Source of the DNA: Candidatus Heimdallarchaeota archaeon
GTDB taxonomy: Archaea > Asgardarchaeota > Heimdallarchaeia > Hodarchaeales > Hodarchaeaceae
Reading direction: 5' to 3'
NCBI GenBank assembly: GCA_011364965.1
Contig: RDOB01000006.1
Span: 96,001-160,000, forward strand
DNA length: 64,000 nucleotides
Shown: in pieces, positions 20,033 to 28,506 of the stretch
How the letters are laid out: each line of letters opens with the position of its first letter
How positions within the stretch are numbered: the stretch's first letter is position 1
The notes under the pieces: model-generated
What the model was told of the DNA's origin: nothing
The model's database searches: none
Seen by the model: the letters and a program-made list of their open reading frames with translations, nothing else
Translations under genes and position numbers: made by a program

Positions 20033-21232
20033 TTATTGATTTCCAGAAGTACTTGAATCTTTTACATTTTTAACATCCACTTTAGATATTTTTTGAATTA
20101 TAAACACAATCCCAGCACATAGGTATGCTAATGTGTACAGAACGATAGGAATCCAAAGAACCTCAAGTCGGAATAAATAAGTTAACTCTCGGCCATATCC
20201 AAATGGAAGATAAATCCAAAGAAGAAATCCTGCGAATGCTAGGAAAATTACCCATCGAAGGCTTGATTGCATTTTAAGTCCGTATAAATAGGTAAAAACA
20301 ACCATAAATATGAATCCTGACAAGAACATGGGCCACATATCTGAACTTCCTAACATGAGGGTGTTATTAATGGCTACTGCAACTGCATGAACACCAACAA
20401 ATCCTTCAAGTAAAATAATCCACTTCCGATTGAAATGAAAATTAGTATAAGATAAAGAAACTTGAATGAACAATAAGAACATGTAGAAAAATCCAGTAAG
20501 TAATTGGGGGTCATTATCCATCGGATGGAACCAAAATGTATATACTAAAGCCCAAGAAAAAACATACATGTGTAATTTCATAAAAACGTTAGCAACTTCT
20601 CGTGTAATTGGTTTACCAGCTTTTTTGCCAAGGATTATCCCTCGTTGTCTATTCTGCATGATTAAGAGAAAAACTAACATTAAGATGACTGACCCTTGGG
20701 ATGTCCAAATAGGTACATCTTGGGCTAATCCATCATACCAGATATGAGTCTGTAATAAGTGGAGATATATGAATATTCCATTTATAAGTAAGGCAATCCA
20801 ATTGTAGGTAGTAAGACCAAAGCGTGATTGTTCTCTCAATTGCGTTATATGTTTTTGAGCCCAGTAGATAAGAATCCAAAATGAAACTTGATGACTAAAA
20901 TAAAACAACCAAACAATAATTTGCGAGGTTATATCTGGAACTGGAAGTTGCCAATAGTACCACGTTGGCCCCAAATCTGGCCCCAATTCAAATCGTCGTA
21001 ATAAAGGCCCTAATATCCAAATCAGAGCAATGAAAAGTACACTGAATATTAAAGTAATAATAAAGGTATATTTTGGCATGTTTGAAGAACTTTTAACTGT
21101 AGAATCATTAAAAGACTGAATTCTCTTCTTTTCTTTCTTCTGTAAGATAAATAATCCAAAGAAGGATATAACACTAAATAAAATAGTCGTTCCTAATATA
21201 ATAATCATCTCTGAAGTTAAATCATTTGACAT
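20033..21232 (-). CDS. Polytopic membrane protein of unknown function (WYDGLAQDV motif)
   Basis: About 11 TM; WYYWQL, HLLQTHIWYDGLAQDV, YTFWFHPM; several His in TM segments. Confidence 0.75.
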   Translation of the reverse strand: MSNDLTSEMIIILGTTILFSVISFFGLFILQKKEKKRIQSFNDSTVKSSSNMPKYTFIITLIFSVLFIALIWILGPLLRRFELGPDLGPTWYYWQLPVPDITSQIIVWLFYFSHQVSFWILIYWAQKHITQLREQSRFGLTTYNWIALLINGIFIYLHLLQTHIWYDGLAQDVPIWTSQGSVILMLVFLLIMQNRQRGIILGKKAGKPITREVANVFMKLHMYVFSWALVYTFWFHPMDNDPQLLTGFFYMFLLFIQVSLSYTNFHFNRKWIILLEGFVGVHAVAVAINNTLMLGSSDMWPMFLSGFIFMVVFTYLYGLKMQSSLRWVIFLAFAGFLLWIYLPFGYGRELTYLFRLEVLWIPIVLYTLAYLCAGIVFIIQKISKVDVKNVKDSSTSGNQ

Positions 21233-21260
21233 TGTCTATTTCACCATTTTTGTCCAAAAA

Positions 21261-22061
21261 TTATGATAAAATTCTGTTTAAAGTGTTTTTAAATCTGGTA
21301 ATGCTTCTTAAATCCGTAATTAATGTTAATCCAAAAATAATTAATATATTAGTAATAAGGAAAAAAACGAATTCTTCAATCGGTAAGATTCCTCCTAATA
21401 AAGCATTTATTGATGTAGAATTACTAATTATCCAGATTCCCTCTGAAATTGCTATGGCATCTGCGATAGCCAAGTACAGAGTCGAAATAGATATAGTAAG
21501 TATTAATTCTCTTTTGTGAGAATAAAGAATATTGGCACCATAAGTCAATTGAATAATAATTGGGGGAAATCCCCATAATACTATTAAATTTAAATATATC
21601 AAAGGTTCTATATTATTAAAAAAAGCAAATAAAGAAATAAACCAAATCATCAATAATGGGATAATAGAAAAAATCCTGATTGAGTTTAAACTGGAATTTA
21701 TCTTCTGAGTAATATCATTTCCTTTTAGCAAAATCCATCCTGAGATCAGTCCTATCAAAATAGTTTGGACCACAAAAAATGCATATTCCTCTATTGGTAC
21801 AAAACCGATTAAAATTCCCATTACTTTCTCTGGATCATAATACCATACATTATTCTCAACAAGATAATTATCCCAAGGAGTTGTATAAATTAAAGCAACT
21901 ATAATTAATATTATTATAGCAATAAATATTCTCTTCATCAATATTTTTTGCTTTTCTTCAGCTTCTTGATATCTTTTTATGTAAAAAAGAATGGTAATTA
22001 TTAAAGGAATTCCTATAAAGAGAATAAGGAAAGAAAAGTAAGTTAGCACTTTTTCTTCCAT
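21261..22061 (-). CDS. crtY: Lycopene beta-cyclase, membrane (CrtYc/Yd fused) type
   Basis: YTTPWDNYLV, two PIEE motifs, downstream of crtI. Confidence 0.88.
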   Translation of the reverse strand: MEEKVLTYFSFLILFIGIPLIITILFYIKRYQEAEEKQKILMKRIFIAIIILIIVALIYTTPWDNYLVENNVWYYDPEKVMGILIGFVPIEEYAFFVVQTILIGLISGWILLKGNDITQKINSSLNSIRIFSIIPLLMIWFISLFAFFNNIEPLIYLNLIVLWGFPPIIIQLTYGANILYSHKRELILTISISTLYLAIADAIAISEGIWIISNSTSINALLGGILPIEEFVFFLITNILIIFGLTLITDLRSITRFKNTLNRILS

Positions 22062-22062
22062 C

Positions 22063-23628
22063 CTAATTGTGATTTGAATCCAATAGCTTGGAATTCAATA
22101 TAGATCCATCTCGAGAACCAAGAATTAGATCAGTTGTAACTTTTGCGCTTGAGACCACGCCAGGCAGTCCTGCTCCAGGATGTGTCCCAGCACCAACGAG
22201 ATAGAGTCCCTCGATATCCTCAGATTTGTTATGTGGACGAAACCAAGCTGATTGGGTAAATATTGGTTCCACGGAAAAACCAGTGCCTTTAAAACTATTA
22301 TAATCACGTTCAAAATCTAGGGGGGTTAATATTCGTTCTGTAACTAAATTCTCTTTCAAACCTGGTAAGTAATGTTCATCCAAAAAATCAAAGATTTTCT
22401 GTTTAAAAGGTTCAGCCAACTGTTCCCAGTCAATCTCAGAATCTTGATGAGGGACTGGAATTAAAATATAAAAGGCTTCATGGCCCTCAGGTGCTAAACT
22501 TGGGTCAGTACGAGTAGGAACATGCAGATAACTTGAGAAATCTTCTGTTAAAACTTTTCTCTTGAAAATATCTTCCAAAAGACCTTTATATCTTGGTCCT
22601 AAAATAATCGTATGATGTTTCATATCTGGATATTGTTTTTTTGTGCCAAAATATATCACTACTAAACCCATTGAATATTTTGCTTTCTTATAGCGCTTAT
22701 CACTATTCTTCTTGCGATATTTTGCGTCTATCAACCTAGTATACGTAAACGCGGGGTCAGCATTGCTTATTACGATTTTTGTAGGATAAAATTCATCTGA
22801 GATAGTTCTGACGCCAATAACTTGGTTGTTCTCAACCTCAATTTTCTTTATTTCACTATTTACTAAAATTTTTCCTCCAAGTTCTTGGAATAATTTTGCT
22901 AGCGCATGAACTAGGGCAGTGGTACCACCACGAGCAAACCATACGCCAAATTCCTTTTCAAGATATTGAATAAGGCTATAAATAGAAGGAACAGAGTAAG
23001 GATTACCCCCAATTAACAAAGGATGAAAACTATACACAATCCGAAGATTCTCATTTTTTATATATCGGGATACAAAATTATAATTAGACCTGTACGATTG
23101 TAATTTGATAAGTGAGGGAGCAACTTTCAACATTGAAGTAAATTTATGAAACGGTTCGAAAGATAGTTCTAGAAATCCTTTCTCATAAATTGGTTTGACT
23201 GCTTTTAGCATCCGTTTATATCCCTCTACATCATTAGGGTTTATTTCTTCAATTTGAGGAACATTTTTTTCTGGAGTCGAATAATCAAAAAACGTACCAT
23301 CACTAAAGTGTATTCGATAGAATGGCTCAACAGGAATTAAATCCACATAATCCGCCATTTTTCTACCCGCTAAAGTGAATAAATCTCTAAAGATGTCAGG
23401 GACAGTTATCACCGTAGGACCTGCATCAAAAGTAAAACCCTTATCATTAAATACCCGAGCACGGCCACCAACTTGATCTAATTTTTCTAGTATTATGACT
23501 TTGTACTTCCCTGTTGCTTGGAGTCTAATTCCAGCAGCCAGTCCCCCAAATCCTGATCCAATGACGATAATCGTAGAAATATTATTATTAAATAAGTCAT
23601 TAGCTTGTTTTATATAGCCATTATTCAT
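22063..23628 (-). CDS. crtI: Phytoene desaturase
   Basis: VIGSGFGGLA, FTFDAGPTVIT, QSAWFRPHN, VGAGTHPGAGLPGV. Confidence 0.95.
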   Translation of the reverse strand: MNNGYIKQANDLFNNNISTIIVIGSGFGGLAAGIRLQATGKYKVIILEKLDQVGGRARVFNDKGFTFDAGPTVITVPDIFRDLFTLAGRKMADYVDLIPVEPFYRIHFSDGTFFDYSTPEKNVPQIEEINPNDVEGYKRMLKAVKPIYEKGFLELSFEPFHKFTSMLKVAPSLIKLQSYRSNYNFVSRYIKNENLRIVYSFHPLLIGGNPYSVPSIYSLIQYLEKEFGVWFARGGTTALVHALAKLFQELGGKILVNSEIKKIEVENNQVIGVRTISDEFYPTKIVISNADPAFTYTRLIDAKYRKKNSDKRYKKAKYSMGLVVIYFGTKKQYPDMKHHTIILGPRYKGLLEDIFKRKVLTEDFSSYLHVPTRTDPSLAPEGHEAFYILIPVPHQDSEIDWEQLAEPFKQKIFDFLDEHYLPGLKENLVTERILTPLDFERDYNSFKGTGFSVEPIFTQSAWFRPHNKSEDIEGLYLVGAGTHPGAGLPGVVSSAKVTTDLILGSRDGSILNSKLLDSNHN

Positions 23629-23720
23629 TTCGTTTGCACCTATTATTGTATCATTGTTATTTAAAACGATTTCAGCCTTTTTTTTAACTATCTTACATTT
23701 ATCAAAATGTATTTAAATAC

Positions 23721-23754
23721 TTATTTCATGAAGTTAGTTCAATTCATGAAATAA
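23721..23754. promoter_or_regulatory. Candidate operator in the crtI/crtB divergent promoter
   Basis: Perfect 12-bp inverted repeat TTATTTCATGAA-N10-TTCATGAAATAA immediately after the TATA-like palindrome GTATTTAAATAC (23709-23720). Confidence 0.65.
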
Positions 23755-23770
23755 TAATGGAAGAACTAAG

Positions 23771-24715
23771 ATGTATACAACTCAAAAACCAACCGAATGG
23801 GGACTTGTTCCTGAAAATATGTTATCTAAATACAATTTACAAGAGAAAACTCTCGATGAAAGTTACCAGGTTTGTTTGGACTGGATGGCTGAGCATAGTA
23901 AATCTTTTTATTTCGCTAGTCGATTTTTACCTGATGATCAACGAAAAAGTGTTGCTGCTCTTTATGCAGTATGTCGCTTAAGTGATGACATCGTTGATGA
24001 AGCTCCCAGAGAAGTCACAATGGATCAAATTAATAGCAAACTTGATCAATTAAAGGTTACTATTGCTAAGCTCGCTAACGGATACAGTTCTACAAATCCT
24101 CTTTTACATGCTTTTGGAGATACGTTAAGAAAGCATAAGATACCAGTCAAATATATGCATGAGCTTATTGAAGGCATAAGAATGGATCTTACAAAAAATG
24201 AATATTATTCTGAAGACGAACTTGATTTGTATATGTATCGGGTAGCAAGTACTGTTGGATTGATGATGACTCACATTTTTATCAAAAATCCTCTAGAACG
24301 GACTTTAGCAAGAGCAGCAGATCTAGGTAAAGCAATGCAGTTGACCAATATTTTAAGAGATGTTAAAGAGGATTTTCTCAAGGGCCGAATATATCTTCCT
24401 AAACAGACTCGTGACGATTACCAAGTCACTCTTGACGACCTAAAGCAAAACAAAGTAAGCAAAAATCTTAAGGCGCTCATTCGATATGAATCTGAAAGAG
24501 CCAAGGCCTATTATAAGATCGCTGATCTCGGAATCGAAGAATTACCCTCAGCAGGCGCTTATACGGTGAAAGTTGCAGCTATTGTATATGGTGAAATACT
24601 TAACGAAATAAAAAGACGTAATTATGAAATTTTAAATCAAAGAGTTGTTGTTTCTAAAGTCAGAAAGGTGCTTTTGGCTACTAAAGTGCGTTTAGAATAT
24701 TTACGGAAGCTTTAG
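23771..24715 (+). CDS. crtB: Phytoene synthase
   Basis: HSKSFYFAS, CRLSDDIVD, YRVASTVG, AMQLTNILRDVKED, GRIYLP. Confidence 0.95.
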   Translation: MYTTQKPTEWGLVPENMLSKYNLQEKTLDESYQVCLDWMAEHSKSFYFASRFLPDDQRKSVAALYAVCRLSDDIVDEAPREVTMDQINSKLDQLKVTIAKLANGYSSTNPLLHAFGDTLRKHKIPVKYMHELIEGIRMDLTKNEYYSEDELDLYMYRVASTVGLMMTHIFIKNPLERTLARAADLGKAMQLTNILRDVKEDFLKGRIYLPKQTRDDYQVTLDDLKQNKVSKNLKALIRYESERAKAYYKIADLGIEELPSAGAYTVKVAAIVYGEILNEIKRRNYEILNQRVVVSKVRKVLLATKVRLEYLRKL

Positions 24716-24719
24716 ATAG

Positions 24720-24745
24720 TTCATAAAACAAAAATATGTCATGAA
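24720..24745. promoter_or_regulatory. Second copy of the candidate operator, upstream of the B12-binding regulator
   Basis: TTCATAAA-N10-GTCATGAA, same 18-bp period as the crtB site. Confidence 0.5.
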
Positions 24746-24772
24746 CAACAACAAAAGGAAACGAAATAGCGG

Positions 24773-25726
24773 ATGAACCCATTAATGGAAAAACACACGC
24801 TCCCCGCACGAGATCAGATTTTAAGCTATCTGAGAAGAAATCGCGGAAAAGAAGTCCCTGTTTCTGAACTCGCTTCTAATCTCAATCTTAAACGCTCAAC
24901 AATATCTAATGCTATAAAAGAACTTAATTTACAAGGTCACATCGAAATTGAACGTCGATCCCTAAAGCGAGGCCGGTATACTGTTGTTTATTTAACTGGA
25001 GATTTAATACAAGAATCCTACGTTCATAAAAATGAAATTATAAAGATTAAAAGAGAGTCGAAGTATAAAAAACAAGAAAAAAGGGTTCCTCTTTTAGAAA
25101 TGTCTTTTATTAATGAAATGATTTATATCCTCAAGTCTCCAGATTATAATCCAGAAAAATTCTTTGAAAAAATTGAATCTAGGTTTCCTAAAAGTATTGA
25201 ATTTATTACAGATTTTGTTACACCATTAATGCATGAGGTCGGAATAGGATGGACTCAAACCAACCTCTCAACTGCTGAGGAACATATAATCTCTAATCGC
25301 GTTGAGGAGCTCATCATTGCAAGAATGCCGATAAATGGGGACAATCAGGAGAAAGGAACAATAATTTTAGTACCAGTGGAAGGGGAAAGGCATGTTATCA
25401 GTTTATTGTCTCTCGAATATATATTTAGAGATTTAGATTACAAAATAATTAATCTTGGAAGATCTCTTCCCATTGAATCATTGGTTCAATATATTAAAGA
25501 TTTACCTGACTTACCTGACTGGATATTTATGTCTATCACACTCCCTACATATCTTGGAACCATAAGAAGAAATCTGGATTATTTACATGATGTTTTTAAA
25601 GACCAAATTCACTTCGCTATAGGAGGACAGGGTATATCAGAGAATGAACGAAATTTTTTTCCTCTGGCAGACATTGTTTCCATTACCAAAGAGGATTTAT
25701 TGAATTTTATTGATATTATGAATTAA
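24773..25726 (+). CDS. CarH/LitR-like cobalamin-binding transcriptional regulator with N-terminal winged HTH
   Basis: wHTH (VSELASNLNLKRSTISNAIKEL), W-x9-EH (WTQTNLSTAEEH), GERH, LGRSLP, SIT, IGGQ. Confidence 0.85.
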   Translation: MNPLMEKHTLPARDQILSYLRRNRGKEVPVSELASNLNLKRSTISNAIKELNLQGHIEIERRSLKRGRYTVVYLTGDLIQESYVHKNEIIKIKRESKYKKQEKRVPLLEMSFINEMIYILKSPDYNPEKFFEKIESRFPKSIEFITDFVTPLMHEVGIGWTQTNLSTAEEHIISNRVEELIIARMPINGDNQEKGTIILVPVEGERHVISLLSLEYIFRDLDYKIINLGRSLPIESLVQYIKDLPDLPDWIFMSITLPTYLGTIRRNLDYLHDVFKDQIHFAIGGQGISENERNFFPLADIVSITKEDLLNFIDIMN

Positions 25727-25765
25727 AAGGGTGAAAAACTATTTCTAAAGTCCAATTAAGAAAAT

Positions 25766-27109
25766 GTGATCGGATCACTTAGGGGGAATTTAATGTTAAA
25801 TTACAATAATAATCGACAATCCAAAGCAATTATGGTCTTATTTTTAGCAGTTTTCGTCGACCTGCTCGAATTTGGGATTATAATTCCCCTCTTACCATTT
25901 TGGGCTCTAAATTTGGGAGCAACACCGTTTATTTATGGTGTTTTAACCAGCTTATATTCTTTCATGAGTTTTGCTTTAGCTCCTGTTTGGGGAAGGTTTT
26001 CAGATAAATATGGAAGACGTCCAGTAATCTTAGCTGGATTGATTGGAACTGTGGTAGGTCTTTTGTTGTTAGTACTTGCAGCTTCTGTATTTACTGACTC
26101 TTTAATTTTAATTTTCTTTTCACGAATTGTAGGAGGATTTTTCACTGCAGCAACCTTACCCACGAGTCAAGCATACATTTCAGATATGACCACAGGGAAA
26201 GATCGAGCTAGAGGATTTGGGTTACTTGGTGCAGCTTTTGGTCTAGGATTCGCAACGGGTCCTGCAATTGGTGGTATTCTAACAGAAATAGGAGGATATT
26301 TGTTACCTTCGGTGTTTGCTACTCTTATTGCACTAATTAATTTATTCGCTGCAATTAAATACCTTCCCGAATCGTTAACTGATGAAACTAGAAGACAATA
26401 TCAAAATAGAAAACTAATACTATCCGAAGATGGCAGAAATTCAATTAAGAGTATTTTAATAAATAATCCCTTAATAAGCCTAAGTATTTTTCTATTTGCG
26501 TTAATCTCTTTTGCATTTTCTAAAATGCAAACAACTTTAGCATTATTAGGAGAAATCCGATTTGGATTAAATGAATCACTGACTGGAGCAGTTTTCTTTG
26601 TTGTTGGATTAATAGTGGTAATTACTCAAGGAGGTTTAATACGTCCGCTAACAGGAAGATTTTCTGATTCGGCGCTTTTTACTTTCGGTCTATTCTTCCT
26701 TACAATTGGTTTTCTTGGTCTAAGTACAGTTAGATCTCTTACTGAAATGATCATATGGATTATTCCTTTATCAGTTGGATCATCAATATCAAACCCAACT
26801 TTAGGAGCTTTTTTATCGAAAAGGACTCCTTCCAAAAGTTCAGGAACGATTTTAGGTTTGAATCAAGGAATAGGATCACTTATGCGAGTTATCGGGCCAC
26901 TAATCGGAACTGCACTTTTTGAGATCAATGAGGCATTTCCATATTATCTGGGAGCTGTTGTGTTGTGTGCTGGGTTTGTTTTAGCTTTTAATATATGGTT
27001 TAAGTCTAAGAAAGAAATTCGGTACAGTCCATGTATAAATTGCGGCTTACAATTGCGTGAAGGGACAGCAGCTTGTTCTCAATGCGGAATTTCTAAATCT
27101 AACAAATAA
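25766..27109 (+). CDS. MFS transporter (TetA/DHA1-like) with C-terminal zinc ribbon
   Basis: GRFSDKYGRRPV, QAYISD, GFATGPAIGG; CINC..CSQC tail. Confidence 0.9.
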   Translation: MIGSLRGNLMLNYNNNRQSKAIMVLFLAVFVDLLEFGIIIPLLPFWALNLGATPFIYGVLTSLYSFMSFALAPVWGRFSDKYGRRPVILAGLIGTVVGLLLLVLAASVFTDSLILIFFSRIVGGFFTAATLPTSQAYISDMTTGKDRARGFGLLGAAFGLGFATGPAIGGILTEIGGYLLPSVFATLIALINLFAAIKYLPESLTDETRRQYQNRKLILSEDGRNSIKSILINNPLISLSIFLFALISFAFSKMQTTLALLGEIRFGLNESLTGAVFFVVGLIVVITQGGLIRPLTGRFSDSALFTFGLFFLTIGFLGLSTVRSLTEMIIWIIPLSVGSSISNPTLGAFLSKRTPSKSSGTILGLNQGIGSLMRVIGPLIGTALFEINEAFPYYLGAVVLCAGFVLAFNIWFKSKKEIRYSPCINCGLQLREGTAACSQCGISKSNK

Positions 27110-27117
27110 TAAGAAAT

Positions 27118-27258
27118 TTACTCCAATTCAAGATTTTCAAGTAATTTTTATTTTCCAGTTTATTTTTGCCTTACTTTTTCTAAAACAATTGCTTCTTTAA
27201 TTCGTATCTCATTTGACCAAGTAGTTCCATCAATAAACCAATCCTGAGGATCCCAAGA
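27118..27258 (-). pseudogene. Relic of the 3' end of a paralog of 27338-28375
   Basis: WDPQDWFIDGTTWSNEIRIKEAIVLEKVRQK* aligns with WIPTDRFVEGITWSTEMRTKGAEVLEIVKDE. Confidence 0.7.
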
Positions 27259-27337
27259 TTAATATCCACATCAAACGATATCAACACTGTTTCTGAAGTA
27301 TATTCTTTTAATGAGAATTATTGATTTAATGAAATAA

Positions 27338-28375
27338 TCACATTTCTACTTGATCTAAAAGATCGAATACCTTTTTCTCTTCATCTTTTACGATTTCTAA
27401 AACTTCCGCACCTTTGGTTCGCATTTCGGTTGACCAAGTTATCCCCTCAACAAAACGATCCGTTGGGATCCAAATTCTGTTCTCTTTTTCTTTTACCCAA
27501 AATTTGAATGGAAAATAGATCCAATTCTCAAATAAAATACTTTTTATATCCTCTAATGTTTCTGCAGCTTCTTTGATTACCTCTGCATCTGATTTACTGA
27601 ACTCTGGACAAACTCGGTTGAGATATTCAGCAGCTGCATGCCTAGCGTCTATTAAAGAGCTATAAATCCACGCATTCACATGCCATCGAAAATTAAATTT
27701 CTCTTCATCCAATTCAGTTATCTTCTCTTCATCCCTGAGCTCCTTGATCCAATATTCATACGCTTTAAGACCGCATGTATAATGAGTATTTATTGTATTG
27801 GTATAAAATAGTTTTACTGCATTCTTCAATGAGTTGTAAATACTATCTAGTAGTATGGGCGCTTCTTTATTTGGTTTCATTGTCATAATAATCCAAGGAA
27901 AGTTCTTTGCAATTGAATAATCTTTAGATGTATCATGATACGTTCTTCCAAGGAGTTTATCATCTTCAAATCCAGTGATAACTCCCCAATCAGGTGGAGA
28001 GATTAAATCAATGGCAAGTACTGGCCTATTGTCTGTAATTTCCTTCTGAATAATTTTTAACATCTTTTTCTTATTGAAGTCAGTCTTATTTTGCTGTTTT
28101 TTACCTTCTTCTAATAAATGATAGAATCTAAAATCATAACCGAACGCATTTGCAATATATTCAGGATAGGGACCAATTGAGTCATCAGGTGAACTAGGAC
28201 ACCAAGAAGTGTGAAACTTAAGGTTAAATGCTGCTGTAGACAATCCCATTAAGTCAAAGTAATCATAAGGTTCCCCCAAAAATTGTAAAGCAACTGTCAT
28301 TGCACCAAAAAATGTGCTTTCCATGCTGCTACCCCATTTCAAAGGAGCGATACTACGAAGAATTTTGGTAGTCAA
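27338..28375 (-). CDS. Hypothetical protein, possible papain/BtrH-like fold
   Basis: YDYFDLMGLSTAAF, WCPSS, RPVLAID, DWGVITGF. Confidence 0.6.
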   Translation of the reverse strand: MTTKILRSIAPLKWGSSMESTFFGAMTVALQFLGEPYDYFDLMGLSTAAFNLKFHTSWCPSSPDDSIGPYPEYIANAFGYDFRFYHLLEEGKKQQNKTDFNKKKMLKIIQKEITDNRPVLAIDLISPPDWGVITGFEDDKLLGRTYHDTSKDYSIAKNFPWIIMTMKPNKEAPILLDSIYNSLKNAVKLFYTNTINTHYTCGLKAYEYWIKELRDEEKITELDEEKFNFRWHVNAWIYSSLIDARHAAAEYLNRVCPEFSKSDAEVIKEAAETLEDIKSILFENWIYFPFKFWVKEKENRIWIPTDRFVEGITWSTEMRTKGAEVLEIVKDEEKKVFDLLDQVEM

Positions 28376-28506
28376 TTAATATGCCTTCATATTATAAGTA
28401 ATGTAGATATAACAAAAGCCCTTTATAATGATTTTTACAGGATACCATATTTATGGTATAGCATTTTGTACGCTTAAATGGAATATTAGATGAGAGGAAT
28501 CACCGT

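Noticed and set aside
20033-21232. Rhodopsin or Brp/Blh dioxygenase in the carotenoid cluster
   Set aside because: Too many TM segments, no helix-7 retinal lysine motif (DxxxK/SxxxK) recognised, and no Brp/Blh signature seen.
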